Part shown: in pieces, positions 9,801-17,717 of the stretch
Layout of the letters: each line of letters starts with the position of its first letter
Numbering within the stretch: the first letter of the stretch is position 1
IMG/VR virus record: IMGVR_UViG_3300008117_004657
Location: 1 to 64,000 of that record
Origin: a virus
DNA length: 64,000 bases
Strand: one strand, 5' to 3'
Made by a program: the position numbers and the translations under genes
Notes under the pieces: generated by a model
The model's input: only the letters and a program-made list of their open reading frames with translations
Databases searched by the model: none
What the model was told of the DNA's origin: nothing

Positions 9801-11847
9801 CTCCCGAAGTTACTGCTTTTTGATCAGCCGTATTAGCTGCAACAAAAGCACCGTTAGCATAACTAGACGCTGAATTGGCAACACCAAATGCAGCATTAGC
9901 ATGAGGTCTAGCGTAAGTGTCTACAGCACCAGATGATATAGAATTAGCTAAAGCGTATGCTGAGTTAGCATAAGAACCAGCAATTATAGCATTAGTATTT
10001 GCGGTATTCGCACCAACAAATGCAGAATTCGCATAAGAACTAGCCGAGTCTGATTTTTGACTAGATGTATTCGCGGTTGCAAATGCCGAGTTAGCATAAG
10101 ATTCTGTGGATTGTGCCGCTACGTTATCATAAAACGCACCATTATTTGTAAACTGCCATGATTTTAGTGTTTCGTTCCATCTAAATTGCACTGGAGTTTC
10201 ATCACCACGTATAACTCTTAATCCAGCACTTTCAGTAGGATTACCTACAGTAAAATTACTATTCAGGTCGATGATGTTATCAGCTAACTGTATAGTTTCT
10301 GTATTAACTATAGTTTGCGTTCCACTTATACTTAAATTACCATTAATTACAACATCACCAGAAATCGTACCGCCTGATGAGGAATATCTTGTGTTAGCTA
10401 AAGTATATGCTGAATTAGCATAACTACCAGATGTTACAGCTTTTTGATCGGCTGTTGCAGCATTAGTGGTAGCAGTATTTGCCTGGCCATATGCAGAGTT
10501 AGCATAGGATCCACTTGTTACAGCTTTTTGATCGGATGTATTAGCGGTAACAAATGCTGAATTGGCGTATGATCCAGATGAAACTGCTTTTTGATCAGCT
10601 GTGTTAGCAAGACCATAAGCATCATTGGCGTAAGTGCCTGAAGTTACTGCTCTTTGATCGGCCGTGTTTGCTGAAATAAAAGCAGAATTGGCATAATCAC
10701 CACTTGTTACTGCTCGCTGGTCAGCAGTAGCAGCATTGTTAGTTGCTGTATTGGCTTGACCAAATGCTGAGTTAGCATACGAACCTGAAGTTACAGCTTT
10801 TTGATCCGCTGTCGCAGCATTGGTAGTTGCTGTGTTGGCCTGTCCGTAGGCTGAGTTAGCGTAGGTGCCAGATGAAACCGCTTTTTGATCTGCTGTAGCA
10901 GCGTTGTTTGTTGCTGTATTGGCCTGTCCATAGGCTGAGTTAGCATAATCTCCAGCACTTACAGCTTTTTGATCTGCTGTAGCAGCGTTGTTTGTTGCTG
11001 TATTGGCCTGTCCATAGGCTGAGTTAGCATATGAACCAGAAGTTATTGCTCTCTGATCAGCCGTATTAGCAATAGCATATCCAGCATTAGCATAAACTGA
11101 AGCTGAATTTGCTGTACCGTAAGCAGCATTGGCGTAAGTGCCAGAAGATGATGAAAATTGCGTCGCACTATTAGCAACACTATAAGCAGAATTGGCATAA
11201 TCACCTGAAGTTACAGCACGTTGATCAGCAGTATTAGCCGTGTTAAATGCAGCATTAGCATAAGAACCACTTGTTACTGCACGTTGATCTGCTGTAGCTG
11301 CATTGGTAGTTGCTGTGTTAGCCTGCCCATAAGCAGCGTTAGCATAAGAACCACTTGTTACAGCACGTTGATCAGCTGTATTTGCTGCAGCAAATCCAGA
11401 ATTAGCATAATCACCAGATGTTACTGCTCTTTGATCCGCAGTCGCAGCATTTGTTGTTGCTGTATTAGCCTGACCATAAGCAGCATTAGCATATGTACCG
11501 CTCGTTACTGCTCTTTGATCTGCGGTGTTAGCAACATTAAATCCCGAATTAGCATAATCACCTGAAGTTACAGCACGCTGATCTGCGGTATTAGCAACAC
11601 CAAATCCTGAATTAGCATAATCACCTGAAGTTACGGCACGCTGATCTGCGGTATTCGCTGTTCCATAAGCACTGTTAGCATATGATCCTGAAGTTACGGC
11701 TCTTTGATCAGCAGTATTTGCTTGCCCATAAGCAGCGTTAGCGTAAACTCCAGAAGAATTAGCGGTTAGATGTGCTGAGTTAGCATCTAACTGAACTTTT
11801 TTTAGTTTACTGTCAGTAGATTGGTTACCAATGTAAGTATATGACAT
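877..11847 (-). CDS. Giant tail fibre/appendage protein, Ala/Asn heptad coiled-coil repeats with interspersed beta domains (3656 aa)
   Basis: Very many ANTADQR/AVTSGSY/ANSAYGQ heptads; repeated GGTISGD...DNIIDLN...AGLRVIRG...RWNE..WQFTNDG domains and F.G.G.CTQFTL...QSK..YS.SG..ITF..AP domains; hydrophobic C-terminus GKSIAMAIVFGG. Confidence 0.85.
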   Translation of the reverse strand: MSYTYIGNQSTDSKLKKVQLDANSAHLTANSSGVYANAAYGQANTADQRAVTSGSYANSAYGTANTADQRAVTSGDYANSGFGVANTADQRAVTSGDYANSGFNVANTADQRAVTSGTYANAAYGQANTATTNAATADQRAVTSGDYANSGFAAANTADQRAVTSGSYANAAYGQANTATTNAATADQRAVTSGSYANAAFNTANTADQRAVTSGDYANSAYSVANSATQFSSSSGTYANAAYGTANSASVYANAGYAIANTADQRAITSGSYANSAYGQANTATNNAATADQKAVSAGDYANSAYGQANTATNNAATADQKAVSSGTYANSAYGQANTATTNAATADQKAVTSGSYANSAFGQANTATNNAATADQRAVTSGDYANSAFISANTADQRAVTSGTYANDAYGLANTADQKAVSSGSYANSAFVTANTSDQKAVTSGSYANSAYGQANTATTNAATADQKAVTSGSYANSAYTLANTRYSSSGGTISGDVVINGNLSISGTQTIVNTETIQLADNIIDLNSNFTVGNPTESAGLRVIRGDETPVQFRWNETLKSWQFTNNGAFYDNVAAQSTESYANSAFATANTSSQKSDSASSYANSAFVGANTANTNAIIAGSYANSAYALANSISSGAVDTYARPHANAAFGVANSASSYANGAFVAANTADQKAVTSGVYANAAFAAANNSTDTWVRNAANAASSYANSAYGQANTATTNAATADQKSVTSGVYANTAYDQANTADQKAVASGSYANSAYTQANTATTNATTADQRAVTSGSYANSGFSAANTSDQRAVTSGVYANTSFSAANTADQRAVTSGSYANSAYGQANTATTNAATADQRAVTSGVYANAAYALANSVSSGSVDNYARPHANAAYDTANSASSYANGAFVAANTADQRAVASGSYANSAFTGANTADQRAVTSGVYANAAYGQANTADQRAVTSGVYANAAYALANTRYSSSGGTVSGDVVITGNLTVSGTQTYINTEVVQIFDNIIDLNSNFTAGTPTENAGIRVIRGDEIATQFRWNETSKYWQFTTDGTTYSNVASRAAETYANSAFSSANTADQRAVTSGSYANSGFAAANTANTNAISAGVYANSAYALANSISSGAVDTYARPHANAAYITANSASSYANSAYNVANTADQKAVSAGVYANSGFAAANTADQKAVTSGAYANSAYGQANTATTNAATADQRAVTSGSYANSAFSSANTADQKAVTSGDYANSAYGQANTATTNAATADQRAVTSGVYANTAYGQANTATTNAATADQRAVTSGSYANSAYGQANTADQKAVTSGVYANVAFGVANSSSSYANGAFNRANTAYNLASAVAGNGSFTLSLLSENFVGTGSCTTFQLSTTPASEDYTIINIEGVTQLKSSYSLSGANVVFSEAPKLNDNIDVIVFTGAPESNSAGVYANAAFALANSATSGSVDNYARPHSNGAFNTANAASSYANSAFVSSNTADQKAVSSGVYANSAYSQANTTTTNAATADQRAVTSGSYANSAYSQANTTTTNAATADQRAVTSGSYANSAYSQANTATTNAATADQRAVTSGSYANSAFSVANTADQKAVTSGAYANAAFATANNAVDTWVRGAANSASSYANSAYGQANTADQKAVTSGVYANAAFAAANNATDSWVRDAANSSSSYANASFAVANTADQRAVTSGVYANSAYSTANAKLSATGGTISGDLNITGNLVVLGNATSISVSSIKIDDSLIQLAANNETSDNLDIGFFGHYSPDAGVNKRHTGLFRDATDGLYYLFDNYLDPSFEGLSPNNTIDVANSSFRIANLTANVITNTIRIRGYDPIDHTNSSFAAANTSDQKAVSAGVYANAAYALANTVSAGSVDGYARPHANAAFDTANSASSYANGAFAAANNATDTWVRNAANAASSYANSAYGQANTADQKATSSGTYSNAAYVQANTATTDAATADQKAVTSGSYANSGFAAANTADQKAVSSGSYANSAYSAANTADQRTVTSGVYANAAFAAANNATDSWVRDAANSASSYANSGYTQANTANTNAATADQRAVTSGSYANAAYIVANSASSYANSAFAAANNSTDSWVRDAANSASSYANSGFFTANTANNNSISASVYANAAYALANTLSSGNVDQTARDLSNSASIHANTAFNFANTLVGNGTAVTVYVDSFVGDNSCTQFTLVNTPADENLTLISISGLVQSKNNYSLTGNVVTFSTAPPNNSKVEINTFAGGGAGLSGSYANSAFGVANSSSVYANAAFALANTVSAGSVDGYARPHSNGAFNTANAASSYANSAYGQANTATTNAATADQRAVTSGDYANSAFGIANNAIPLSGSSSITGNLTPSTTNVHYLGSETYRWHSLFVGPGSVNIDGIVLSNVNGSLAITSSGQQVQLTGLDTRTNVAFDQANTANTNAATADQKATTSGVYANAAYGYANITNNSVTTVINALPTINSNIVSASVYANSAFNVANIANLNVNSVLSSIPVLNANIVSASVYANAAFAAANNAVDTWVRDAANSSSSYANSAYGQANTANTNVATADQRAVTSGVYANAAYALANSVSSGSVDNYARPHANAAFDVANTSSNYANSAFAFANTANSNAVTSDQKAVTSGAYANAAFGVANTKYSSSGGTISGDVVVTGNLTVSGTQTIINTETLNLADNLIDLNSNFTTGTPTENAGLRITRGDEVPVQFRWNETSKYWQFTNDGSSYSNLASQAAESYANAAYAAANNATDTWVRTAANSASSYANSGYSAANTADQKAVTSGTYANSAYGQANTADQRAVTSGVYANSAYGQANTANTNAATADQRAVTSGAYANSAYDVANTADQKAVTSGSYANSGYAAANTADQKAVSAGSYANSAFAAANNAVDTWVRDAANSASNYANAAFAAANTGGSSTDSWARNTANSSYIQANAAFNFANTLVGSAVPLTVYIDTFNGNGSCTQFTLVNTPSNENLTLVSVSGLVQSKNNYSLSGNVITFVTAPPDESDIEINTFAGGGSGDSSAYANAAFGVANSAASYANGAFAAANNATDTWVRNAANAASSYANSGFAAANTAEQKAVSSGEYSNAAFGQANTANTNAATADQRAVTSGTYANSAYGQANTATTNAATADQRAVTSGDYANSAYGQANTANTNAATADQKAVTSGVYANSSFGVANTANTAAATADQRAVTSGVYANAAYGTANTADQKASSSGSYANSAFGVANTANTNAVTADQRAVTSGDYANSAFGASNSASSYANSAYARANNSLNVESGGTITGDLTVNGNISVTGCTVTFTVSTFRTTDHIIDIGHGTTGVPTQNAGIRLLRGDENPVQIRWVEPDDKWEFTNDGTNYLRFAADSGEVYANAAFSTANSASSYANAAFAAANTGGSGTDSWARSAAGGTGQYASTMKVDSFTGTGACTQFTLTQEPSGEDYTIVSLNGILQHKSAYSLSGSIVTFSEAPENNIAIDIVSLVNKVAGGSSEIVVDNFTGTGACTQFTLTTTPANENFVTAVFDGVTQSRLTYSVSGTTITFDEAPPNTANIEITTIKNIFGTFINRNYLGDGSNTNFTVTSGVSANSVLVFQNGIAQRPITDYTVSGSTLSFSTAPTNGEIVQVRELVGDPGGSTVLAQAAFDKANTAATTGKSIAMAIVFGG
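7121..7380. repeat. Near-exact 84-bp tandem repeat (about 3 units; 28 aa = 4 heptads) inside the giant fibre
   Basis: gctgaattagcgtaactaccagaagttactgctctttgatcagcagtagcagcgtttgttg recurs at 7121 and 7205, with a third diverged unit after. Confidence 0.85.
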
Positions 11848-11848
11848 G

Positions 11849-12175
11849 TTATGTTATTTCTAGTACGCTTAAGACAACATCTAATGAAGTAGATGTATCT
11901 GATTGAACTTTAAGATAATCGCTAGCTTCCAAAACAAGTTTTTGATCTCCTCCAATAGGAACTAATGCACTTCCAGGTTCTATCGTCGCGCTTTTTACTA
12001 GAAAATAATCTGTTCCAGATGAATTTACAAAAACGGTAGCTTTTACATCACTTGCAGTAATGTTCGCAATAGTCATACCTATTACAGTGGCTTGAACACC
12101 ACTACCAGCTGTATAAACTGTTTCAGCTGTTTGTCCTACAGATTGTTTAAAACTATTCTTAAATGTATTCGGCAT
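11849..12175 (-). CDS. Small virion structural protein (fibre adaptor-like)
   Basis: 108 aa MPNTFKNS...QKLVLEASDYLKVQS...LSVLEIT; GAGGA SD upstream; lies between two fibre genes. Confidence 0.75.
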   Translation of the reverse strand: MPNTFKNSFKQSVGQTAETVYTAGSGVQATVIGMTIANITASDVKATVFVNSSGTDYFLVKSATIEPGSALVPIGGDQKLVLEASDYLKVQSDTSTSLDVVLSVLEIT

Positions 12176-12195
12176 TTATTTTCCTCAATAAATGA

Positions 12196-12202
12196 TATTT
12201 AT
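12196..12202 (-). promoter_or_regulatory. Candidate T4-type late promoter (ATAAATA)
   Basis: Plus-strand tatttat overlapping the fibre stop codon, about 20 nt upstream of the 108-aa gene. Confidence 0.5.
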
Positions 12203-14041
12203 CCTAACGCAATGGCAAAGGCTAAAGCATCTGCTAAAGCAGTATTTGCCGCTACATAAGAGGCATTTGCATGAGCATATACACTATTTGCATAATTAAC
12301 TGGATCATAACCACGAACTAATATAGATTGAGTTACGACATTAGCTTTTAAATTAGCAATTACAAAACTTGTATTTGATACGTCAATAGTATTATTTGGC
12401 GTAACTGTATCAAAACTTGGATCTTCATAATTTTCAAACAGATAATATACACCATCTGATGCATCACGGAACAAACCGGTATGTCTCTTATTTACACCTG
12501 CGTCCTGACTATAATGTCCAAAAAAACCAATATCTAGTGCATCTGAAGTTTCATTATTAGAAGCTAACTGAATTAACGAGTCATCTATTCTTAAGGTCGA
12601 TACGTTAATTGTAGAAGCATTTCCAGATATGACTAAATTACCAGTAATTAAAACGTCACCAGAGATTGTACCGCCAACAGAATCAAACTTATTATTTGCT
12701 AAACCATACGCACTGTTAGCATAATCACCAGATGTTACTGCACGTTGATCAGCAGTAGCAGCATTAGTGGTAGCAGTGTTGGCTTGACCATACGCACTGT
12801 TAGCATAATCACCTGAAGTTACAGCACGTTGGTCTGCTACACCAGAACTATTAATAGCACTATTAGCCTGACCATAAGCAGCATTAGCATATGTACCGCT
12901 CGTTACTGCTCTTTGATCTGCGGTATTAGCAACACCAAATCCTGAATTAGCATAATCACCTGAAGTTACAGCACGCTGATCAGCTGTTGCAGCATTGGTA
13001 GTTGCTGTATTGGCTTGGCCATAAGCAGCATTAGCGTAAGCACCAGAAGTTACAGCACGTTGATCAGCTGTATTTGCTGCGACAAAGGCACCATTAGCAT
13101 ATGTACCACTCGTTACAGCTCTTTGATCGGATGTGTTAGCCGTACCAAATGCCGAGTTGGCATAATCACCTGAAGTTACAGCACGTTGATCCGCAGTAGC
13201 AGCATTGTTAGTTGCTGTATTGGCTTGACTATATGCTGAGTTAGCATATGAACCTGATGTTACAGCTCTTTGATCAGCAGTATTAGCTTGTCCATATGCG
13301 CTGTTAGCATAATCACCTGAAGTTACTGCACGTTGATCTGCTGTAGCTGCATTGGTGGTAGCAGTGTTGGCTTGGCCATAAGCCGCATTAGCATAACTAC
13401 CTGAAGTTACGGCTCTTTGGTCAAAGAGCTCTCAAACCTGCATTTTCAGTAGGGTTACTTCCAATTTGTTCTATATTGACATCAATTATTCCATCTTGTA
13501 CTATGAAATGTGGAACACTAAATTCAGCCGTGTTACCTTGAATAGTTACATTACCTGTGATGATAACGTCACCACTTACTGTACCACCAGAAGATGAGAA
13601 CTTACCATTCGCAGTAGAAAATGCCGAGTTAGCATAAGATCCGGCACTTACTGCTTTCTGATCAGCTGTTGCAGCATTTGTTGTGGCGGTATTAGCTTGA
13701 GCGTAAGCAGAATTAGCATATCTACCAGAAGTTGTTGCTCTTTGATCCGATGTGTTAGCTGTACTAAATGCTGAGTTAGCGTAATCACCTGAAGTAACTG
13801 CTCTTTGGTCTGCTGTGGTTGCACTAGTAGTTGCTGTGTTAGCTTGACCATAAGCAGCATTAGCATAAGTGCCTGAAACTACAGATTTAGCATCAGCAGT
13901 ATTAGCTTGTACATATGCACTGTTAGCGTAATCACCTGAAGTTACTGCACGTTGATCTGCTGTAGCTGCATTGGTGGTAGCAGTGTTGGCTTGGCCATAA
14001 GCCGCATTAGCATAACTACCTGAAGTTACGGCTCTTTGGTC
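12199..14041 (-). pseudogene. Continuation of the 14026..17514 fibre in two further frames (14041..13421 and 13422..12199): frameshifted or mis-assembled C-terminal part
   Basis: The frame from 14041 reads DQRAVTSGSY...GGTVSGDVII...PTENAGLRAL-stop. The frame from 13422 reads DQRAVTS...ALDIGFFGHYSQDAGVNKRHTGLFRDASDG...DALAFAIALG-stop and is in frame with track ORF 12199..12474. Confidence 0.75.
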
Positions 14042-14042
14042 A
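13310..14042. repeat. Exact 114-bp direct repeat (13310..13423 and 13929..14042) whose ends coincide with both frame breaks
   Basis: Base-by-base comparison; offset 619 nt, not a multiple of 3. A second exact 71-bp repeat lies at 13833..13903 and 14051..14121. Confidence 0.85.
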
Positions 14043-17000
14043 TCGTGGTGGCTGTGTTAGCTTGACCATAAGCAGCATTAGCATAAGTGCCTGAAACTAC
14101 AGATTTAGCATCAGCAGTATTCGCTGCAACAAAGGCACCATTTGCGTATGAACCAGCACTTACAGCTTTCAAATCAGCTGTCGCAGCACTATTATTTGCG
14201 GTATTTGCCTGTGAATAAGCAGAGTTCGCATAGCTACCTGATGTTACCGCTCTTTGGTCAGCAGTATTAGCGGTACTAAATGAAGCATTGGCATAATCAC
14301 CAGAAGTAACCGCTCTTTGATCGGCTATTGCTGCATTAGTGGTAGCAGTGTTAGCTTGACCGTATGCTGAGTTAGCGTAAGATCCGGAACTTACGGCTTT
14401 CTGGTCAGCAGTATTCGATGCAGCGTAAGCTGAATTTGCATAAACACCTGTAGTATTTTGTGCAACAAAGGCCGCATTAGCATAAACTTCTGATGAAGAA
14501 GATGCTACATTTACAAAATTTGTACCGTCTACAGTATATTGCCAATAATCTACACTTTCATTCCAAATAAAAGATACATTCGAAGATAAACCTCTATCAA
14601 TTTCTAAACCAGCATTAAATGTGGGAACATCCGCTTGGCCAATAGATGCGTTTAACGTAACAATATTATCTTTAATTAAAATTGTTTCCGTGTTAGCGTA
14701 TACTGTAGTTCCAACGATTGTTAAATTACCAGAAACAGTAACATCACCAGAAATTGTTCCACCAGAACTAGAGAACTTACTATTTGCTGTTCCGTAAGCA
14801 GCGTTAGCATATACACCTGTAGTATTCTGCGAATCAAAAGCGGCATTAGCTTTTAAGAAAGCTGAATTGGCGTAATTGGATCCAACATTTTGAGAATCAA
14901 AAGCCGCATTTGCTTGTAAATATGCAGCGTTAGCATATACACCGGTAGTATTTTGACTAGTAAATGCTGCATTAGCATAAGCACCAGAAATTACTGCTCG
15001 TTGATCCGAAGTATTAGCAGCAGCAAATGCAGCATTAGTGTATACTCCAGTGGTGTTCTGACTTATAAATGCTGCGTTAGCATAAGCACCTGTAGTGTTC
15101 TGTGAATTAAAAGCTGCATTAGCATGTAAATAGGCAGTGTTTGCATAAACTTCTGCCGCTGCAGATCCCACAAAACTATACAAAATTCCATCATTTGTAA
15201 AGGTCCATCTTAATAAAGATTCATTCCATCTAAATTGAACTGGAACTTCATCACCACGAATGACTCTAATACCAGCATTTTGCGTCGGAGTACCTATAGT
15301 CTCGGCCGAAATATCGATAATATTATCTTCAATCGAAAGACTAGGCACACTTACTGTTACAGAAGAACCTTGTATTGTTAGGTTCGCATTAATTGTAACA
15401 TCACCAGAAATTGTACCACCAGCAGAAGCAAATTTTGTGTTTGCTAATGCGTGTGCAGAGTTTGCGTGACTATAAGCAGCATTTACATGTGGTCTAGCAT
15501 AAAAATCTATCGATGATGCAGCAAGAGTATTTGCAAAATTAAAAGATGCATTTGCATGAATATACGCTGTATTCGATTGATTAAAAGAAGCATTTGCGGT
15601 ATCATACGCAGCTTGACCTGTTGCTAAATCAATAATTGAGTTTGCCTTCGCATAGGAAGCAAGTGCAATAATTACAGCAAGATTTGCTTGTAAATGTGCC
15701 GAGTTAGCAAAGGCAAAATTTAAGTTGCCATTAGCATAAGAGGCATTAGCATGATTTCTTGCATATATGTCAGTTGCACCTAATGATATTGTATTTGCAT
15801 AAGCAAATGCAGCATTAGAATGTATAAAGGCGGAGTTAGCATAAGAACCAACCACATTTGCAACACTGTTTGACGAATCAAATGCTGCATTTGCTCTATC
15901 GAAAGCAGATTGGTTAAATGTTGGACTCGTAGCATTAGCAGCTGCAAATGCAGCATTAGCCTGTAGATATGCTGCGTTAGCATGTTCACTAGGAGTATTG
16001 GCTTTTGTAAACGCAGAATTTACCGTGTTATATACAACATTCAAAACACTTATAGTGGTGTTTACGGTTGCAAAAGCCGCATTTGTTCTATTAAATGCCG
16101 AAGCAACTGAAACAGTAGATTGAGTTCCTACCGCAAAAGCAGTATTAGCCAAATCGAAAGCGGCATTGGCATAAGAACTTGCTGCTCCCGATCCTACATT
16201 ACTATAGTTTGAACCATCATTTGTAAATGTCCAACTATCTGTGGTTTCATTCCAAATAAAATAAACATTTGGAGATGAACCTCTTTCTACTTCAATACCA
16301 GCATCTTGAGTTGGTTCTGCTGCTTGACCCAAATCAGCATTAAGTGTGATGATATTATCACCGATATTCAACTGATTTGTTGCTATGTAATTTACATTAC
16401 CAGTTACAGTTAAATTACCTGTAACTGTTAAGTTACCCGAAACTGTACCGCCACTTAAATTTAACTTAGAATTTGCAGTGTTATATGAAGCGTTTGCGTG
16501 AGCATATGCAAGTGTCGTCGATATATTTGTTGTGGTAGAAACGTAAAAAGCATTTATTGCATCATTCTGTACCGCATCTATATTGTCAGATAAAGCGTCA
16601 ACTAAAGCAGCAGTATTAGAAGATGTGCTTAAAGAACTATTAGCAACTGCAAAAGCAGCATTTACTGTAGTTGATATATAACTAGCTAAATTATATGCTT
16701 GATTAGCAGTTTCACTAGCATTTATATCTGTATTAGCTGCAACAAAAGCTGCATTTGCGTGTACGTAAGAATTTAAAGAACTTAATAGTGCAATATTAGC
16801 TATTTCAAAACTGGCGTTAGCATATAAAGAAGCACTTACAACATTGTTTGCAGTATTGAAGGCTGCGTTAGCATGATTAAATGCCGTTTGATTAAAAGAT
16901 GGTGTTGAAGTGTTTGCCGCATTAAAGGCCGCCTGCGCCAATACGTTTGCTAAATTAGCTTTCTCAAAAGCCGCATCAGATTGTTGCTGTGTTGCTACTG

Positions 17001-17514
17001 ATATTGATAGATTCGAAGCCTGAGTAATTCTACCACTTTCATCTACAGTGATTACAGGAATTGTTGTGGAATTACCATAAGTTCCTGCGTTAACGCCAGT
17101 AGAATCCAATTCTGTCTGAATAGTAACAGAATTACTAAAAGTTGTTACTGCTGTTCCGTTAAGGTTTCCAGTTAAAATTATTTCAACGGGGTTAAAAATA
17201 GAATTAGCAGAATTTGCTATACCATCTAAATTACCAATAAATCCAGGTGTAACAACCGAGGTTGAAACAAAAACGCGAGATTGTATATCACCAGCTGCAT
17301 TTCTCTCAACTATAGTATTAGAAGAAGTTGTATTACTTCTTCTATCCAACATATTAGTATAATATGAACCGCCAATGATTTCATAAGAACCTGCGTCTGT
17401 TCCTATGAATAAATTTCCCGAAACAAAAGAATAAGCTAATTCGCCGCCTAATAATTGATTTGGTTCTGGAGTAGTATTCGCTGTAGAATACTTTGTTACA
17501 ATTGCTGTTGACAC
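14026..17514 (-). CDS. Long tail fibre protein, N-terminal part (Ala/Asn heptads plus beta domains)
   Basis: N-terminal L.GGELAYS..LFIG motif and AGTYG..IPVITVD..GRIT motif typical of phage fibres; the same heptad and GGTISGD domains as 877..11847; ends abnormally in TMTKEP. Confidence 0.8.
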   Translation of the reverse strand: MSTAIVTKYSTANTTPEPNQLLGGELAYSFVSGNLFIGTDAGSYEIIGGSYYTNMLDRRSNTTSSNTIVERNAAGDIQSRVFVSTSVVTPGFIGNLDGIANSANSIFNPVEIILTGNLNGTAVTTFSNSVTIQTELDSTGVNAGTYGNSTTIPVITVDESGRITQASNLSISVATQQQSDAAFEKANLANVLAQAAFNAANTSTPSFNQTAFNHANAAFNTANNVVSASLYANASFEIANIALLSSLNSYVHANAAFVAANTDINASETANQAYNLASYISTTVNAAFAVANSSLSTSSNTAALVDALSDNIDAVQNDAINAFYVSTTTNISTTLAYAHANASYNTANSKLNLSGGTVSGNLTVTGNLTVTGNVNYIATNQLNIGDNIITLNADLGQAAEPTQDAGIEVERGSSPNVYFIWNETTDSWTFTNDGSNYSNVGSGAASSYANAAFDLANTAFAVGTQSTVSVASAFNRTNAAFATVNTTISVLNVVYNTVNSAFTKANTPSEHANAAYLQANAAFAAANATSPTFNQSAFDRANAAFDSSNSVANVVGSYANSAFIHSNAAFAYANTISLGATDIYARNHANASYANGNLNFAFANSAHLQANLAVIIALASYAKANSIIDLATGQAAYDTANASFNQSNTAYIHANASFNFANTLAASSIDFYARPHVNAAYSHANSAHALANTKFASAGGTISGDVTINANLTIQGSSVTVSVPSLSIEDNIIDISAETIGTPTQNAGIRVIRGDEVPVQFRWNESLLRWTFTNDGILYSFVGSAAAEVYANTAYLHANAAFNSQNTTGAYANAAFISQNTTGVYTNAAFAAANTSDQRAVISGAYANAAFTSQNTTGVYANAAYLQANAAFDSQNVGSNYANSAFLKANAAFDSQNTTGVYANAAYGTANSKFSSSGGTISGDVTVSGNLTIVGTTVYANTETILIKDNIVTLNASIGQADVPTFNAGLEIDRGLSSNVSFIWNESVDYWQYTVDGTNFVNVASSSSEVYANAAFVAQNTTGVYANSAYAASNTADQKAVSSGSYANSAYGQANTATTNAAIADQRAVTSGDYANASFSTANTADQRAVTSGSYANSAYSQANTANNSAATADLKAVSAGSYANGAFVAANTADAKSVVSGTYANAAYGQANTATTMTKEP

Positions 17515-17715
17515 TTAGAAACTTCCACCATTAATTACTGGAATTTCTTTCATAACAAATTTATTAGAACCAGCCTCATAAGTCAAAACAAAACCGTCCT
17601 GAGATCCTTGAGTTTCTACATTATTTAATTGAGAGAGACTTAGATTTGCAGTTCTAGCCACGGTAACAGAAGATATGGTTGTTTTTTGCGGCTTTACGTT
17701 TACATTTATTGGCAT
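17515..17715 (-). CDS. Small fibre-associated protein
   Basis: 66 aa with L..L.NV....DG.VL.Y....KF..(INGGSF), a motif seen in phage fibre repeats; tightly coupled to its neighbours. Confidence 0.6.
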   Translation of the reverse strand: MPINVNVKPQKTTISSVTVARTANLSLSQLNNVETQGSQDGFVLTYEAGSNKFVMKEIPVINGGSF

Positions 17716-17717
17716 TT

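Noticed and set aside
11463-14121. Template/variable repeat pair of a diversity-generating retroelement
   Set aside because: No reverse transcriptase in the window, the copies are exact or differ at scattered synonymous-type sites, and they do not lie at a C-terminal variable domain.
860-15989. Short alternative-frame and antisense ORFs in the track (e.g. 860..1063, 1178..1546, 5580..6131, 7314..7714, 8604..8786, 11221..11565, 13648..13866, 15260..15989)
   Set aside because: They are shadows of the repetitive fibre reading frame, with low-complexity translations and no independent motifs.
877-17514. Dense direct repeats as a CRISPR array
   Set aside because: The repeats are in-frame coding units (multiples of 21 nt) with synonymous variation and no unique spacers; no cas genes are present.
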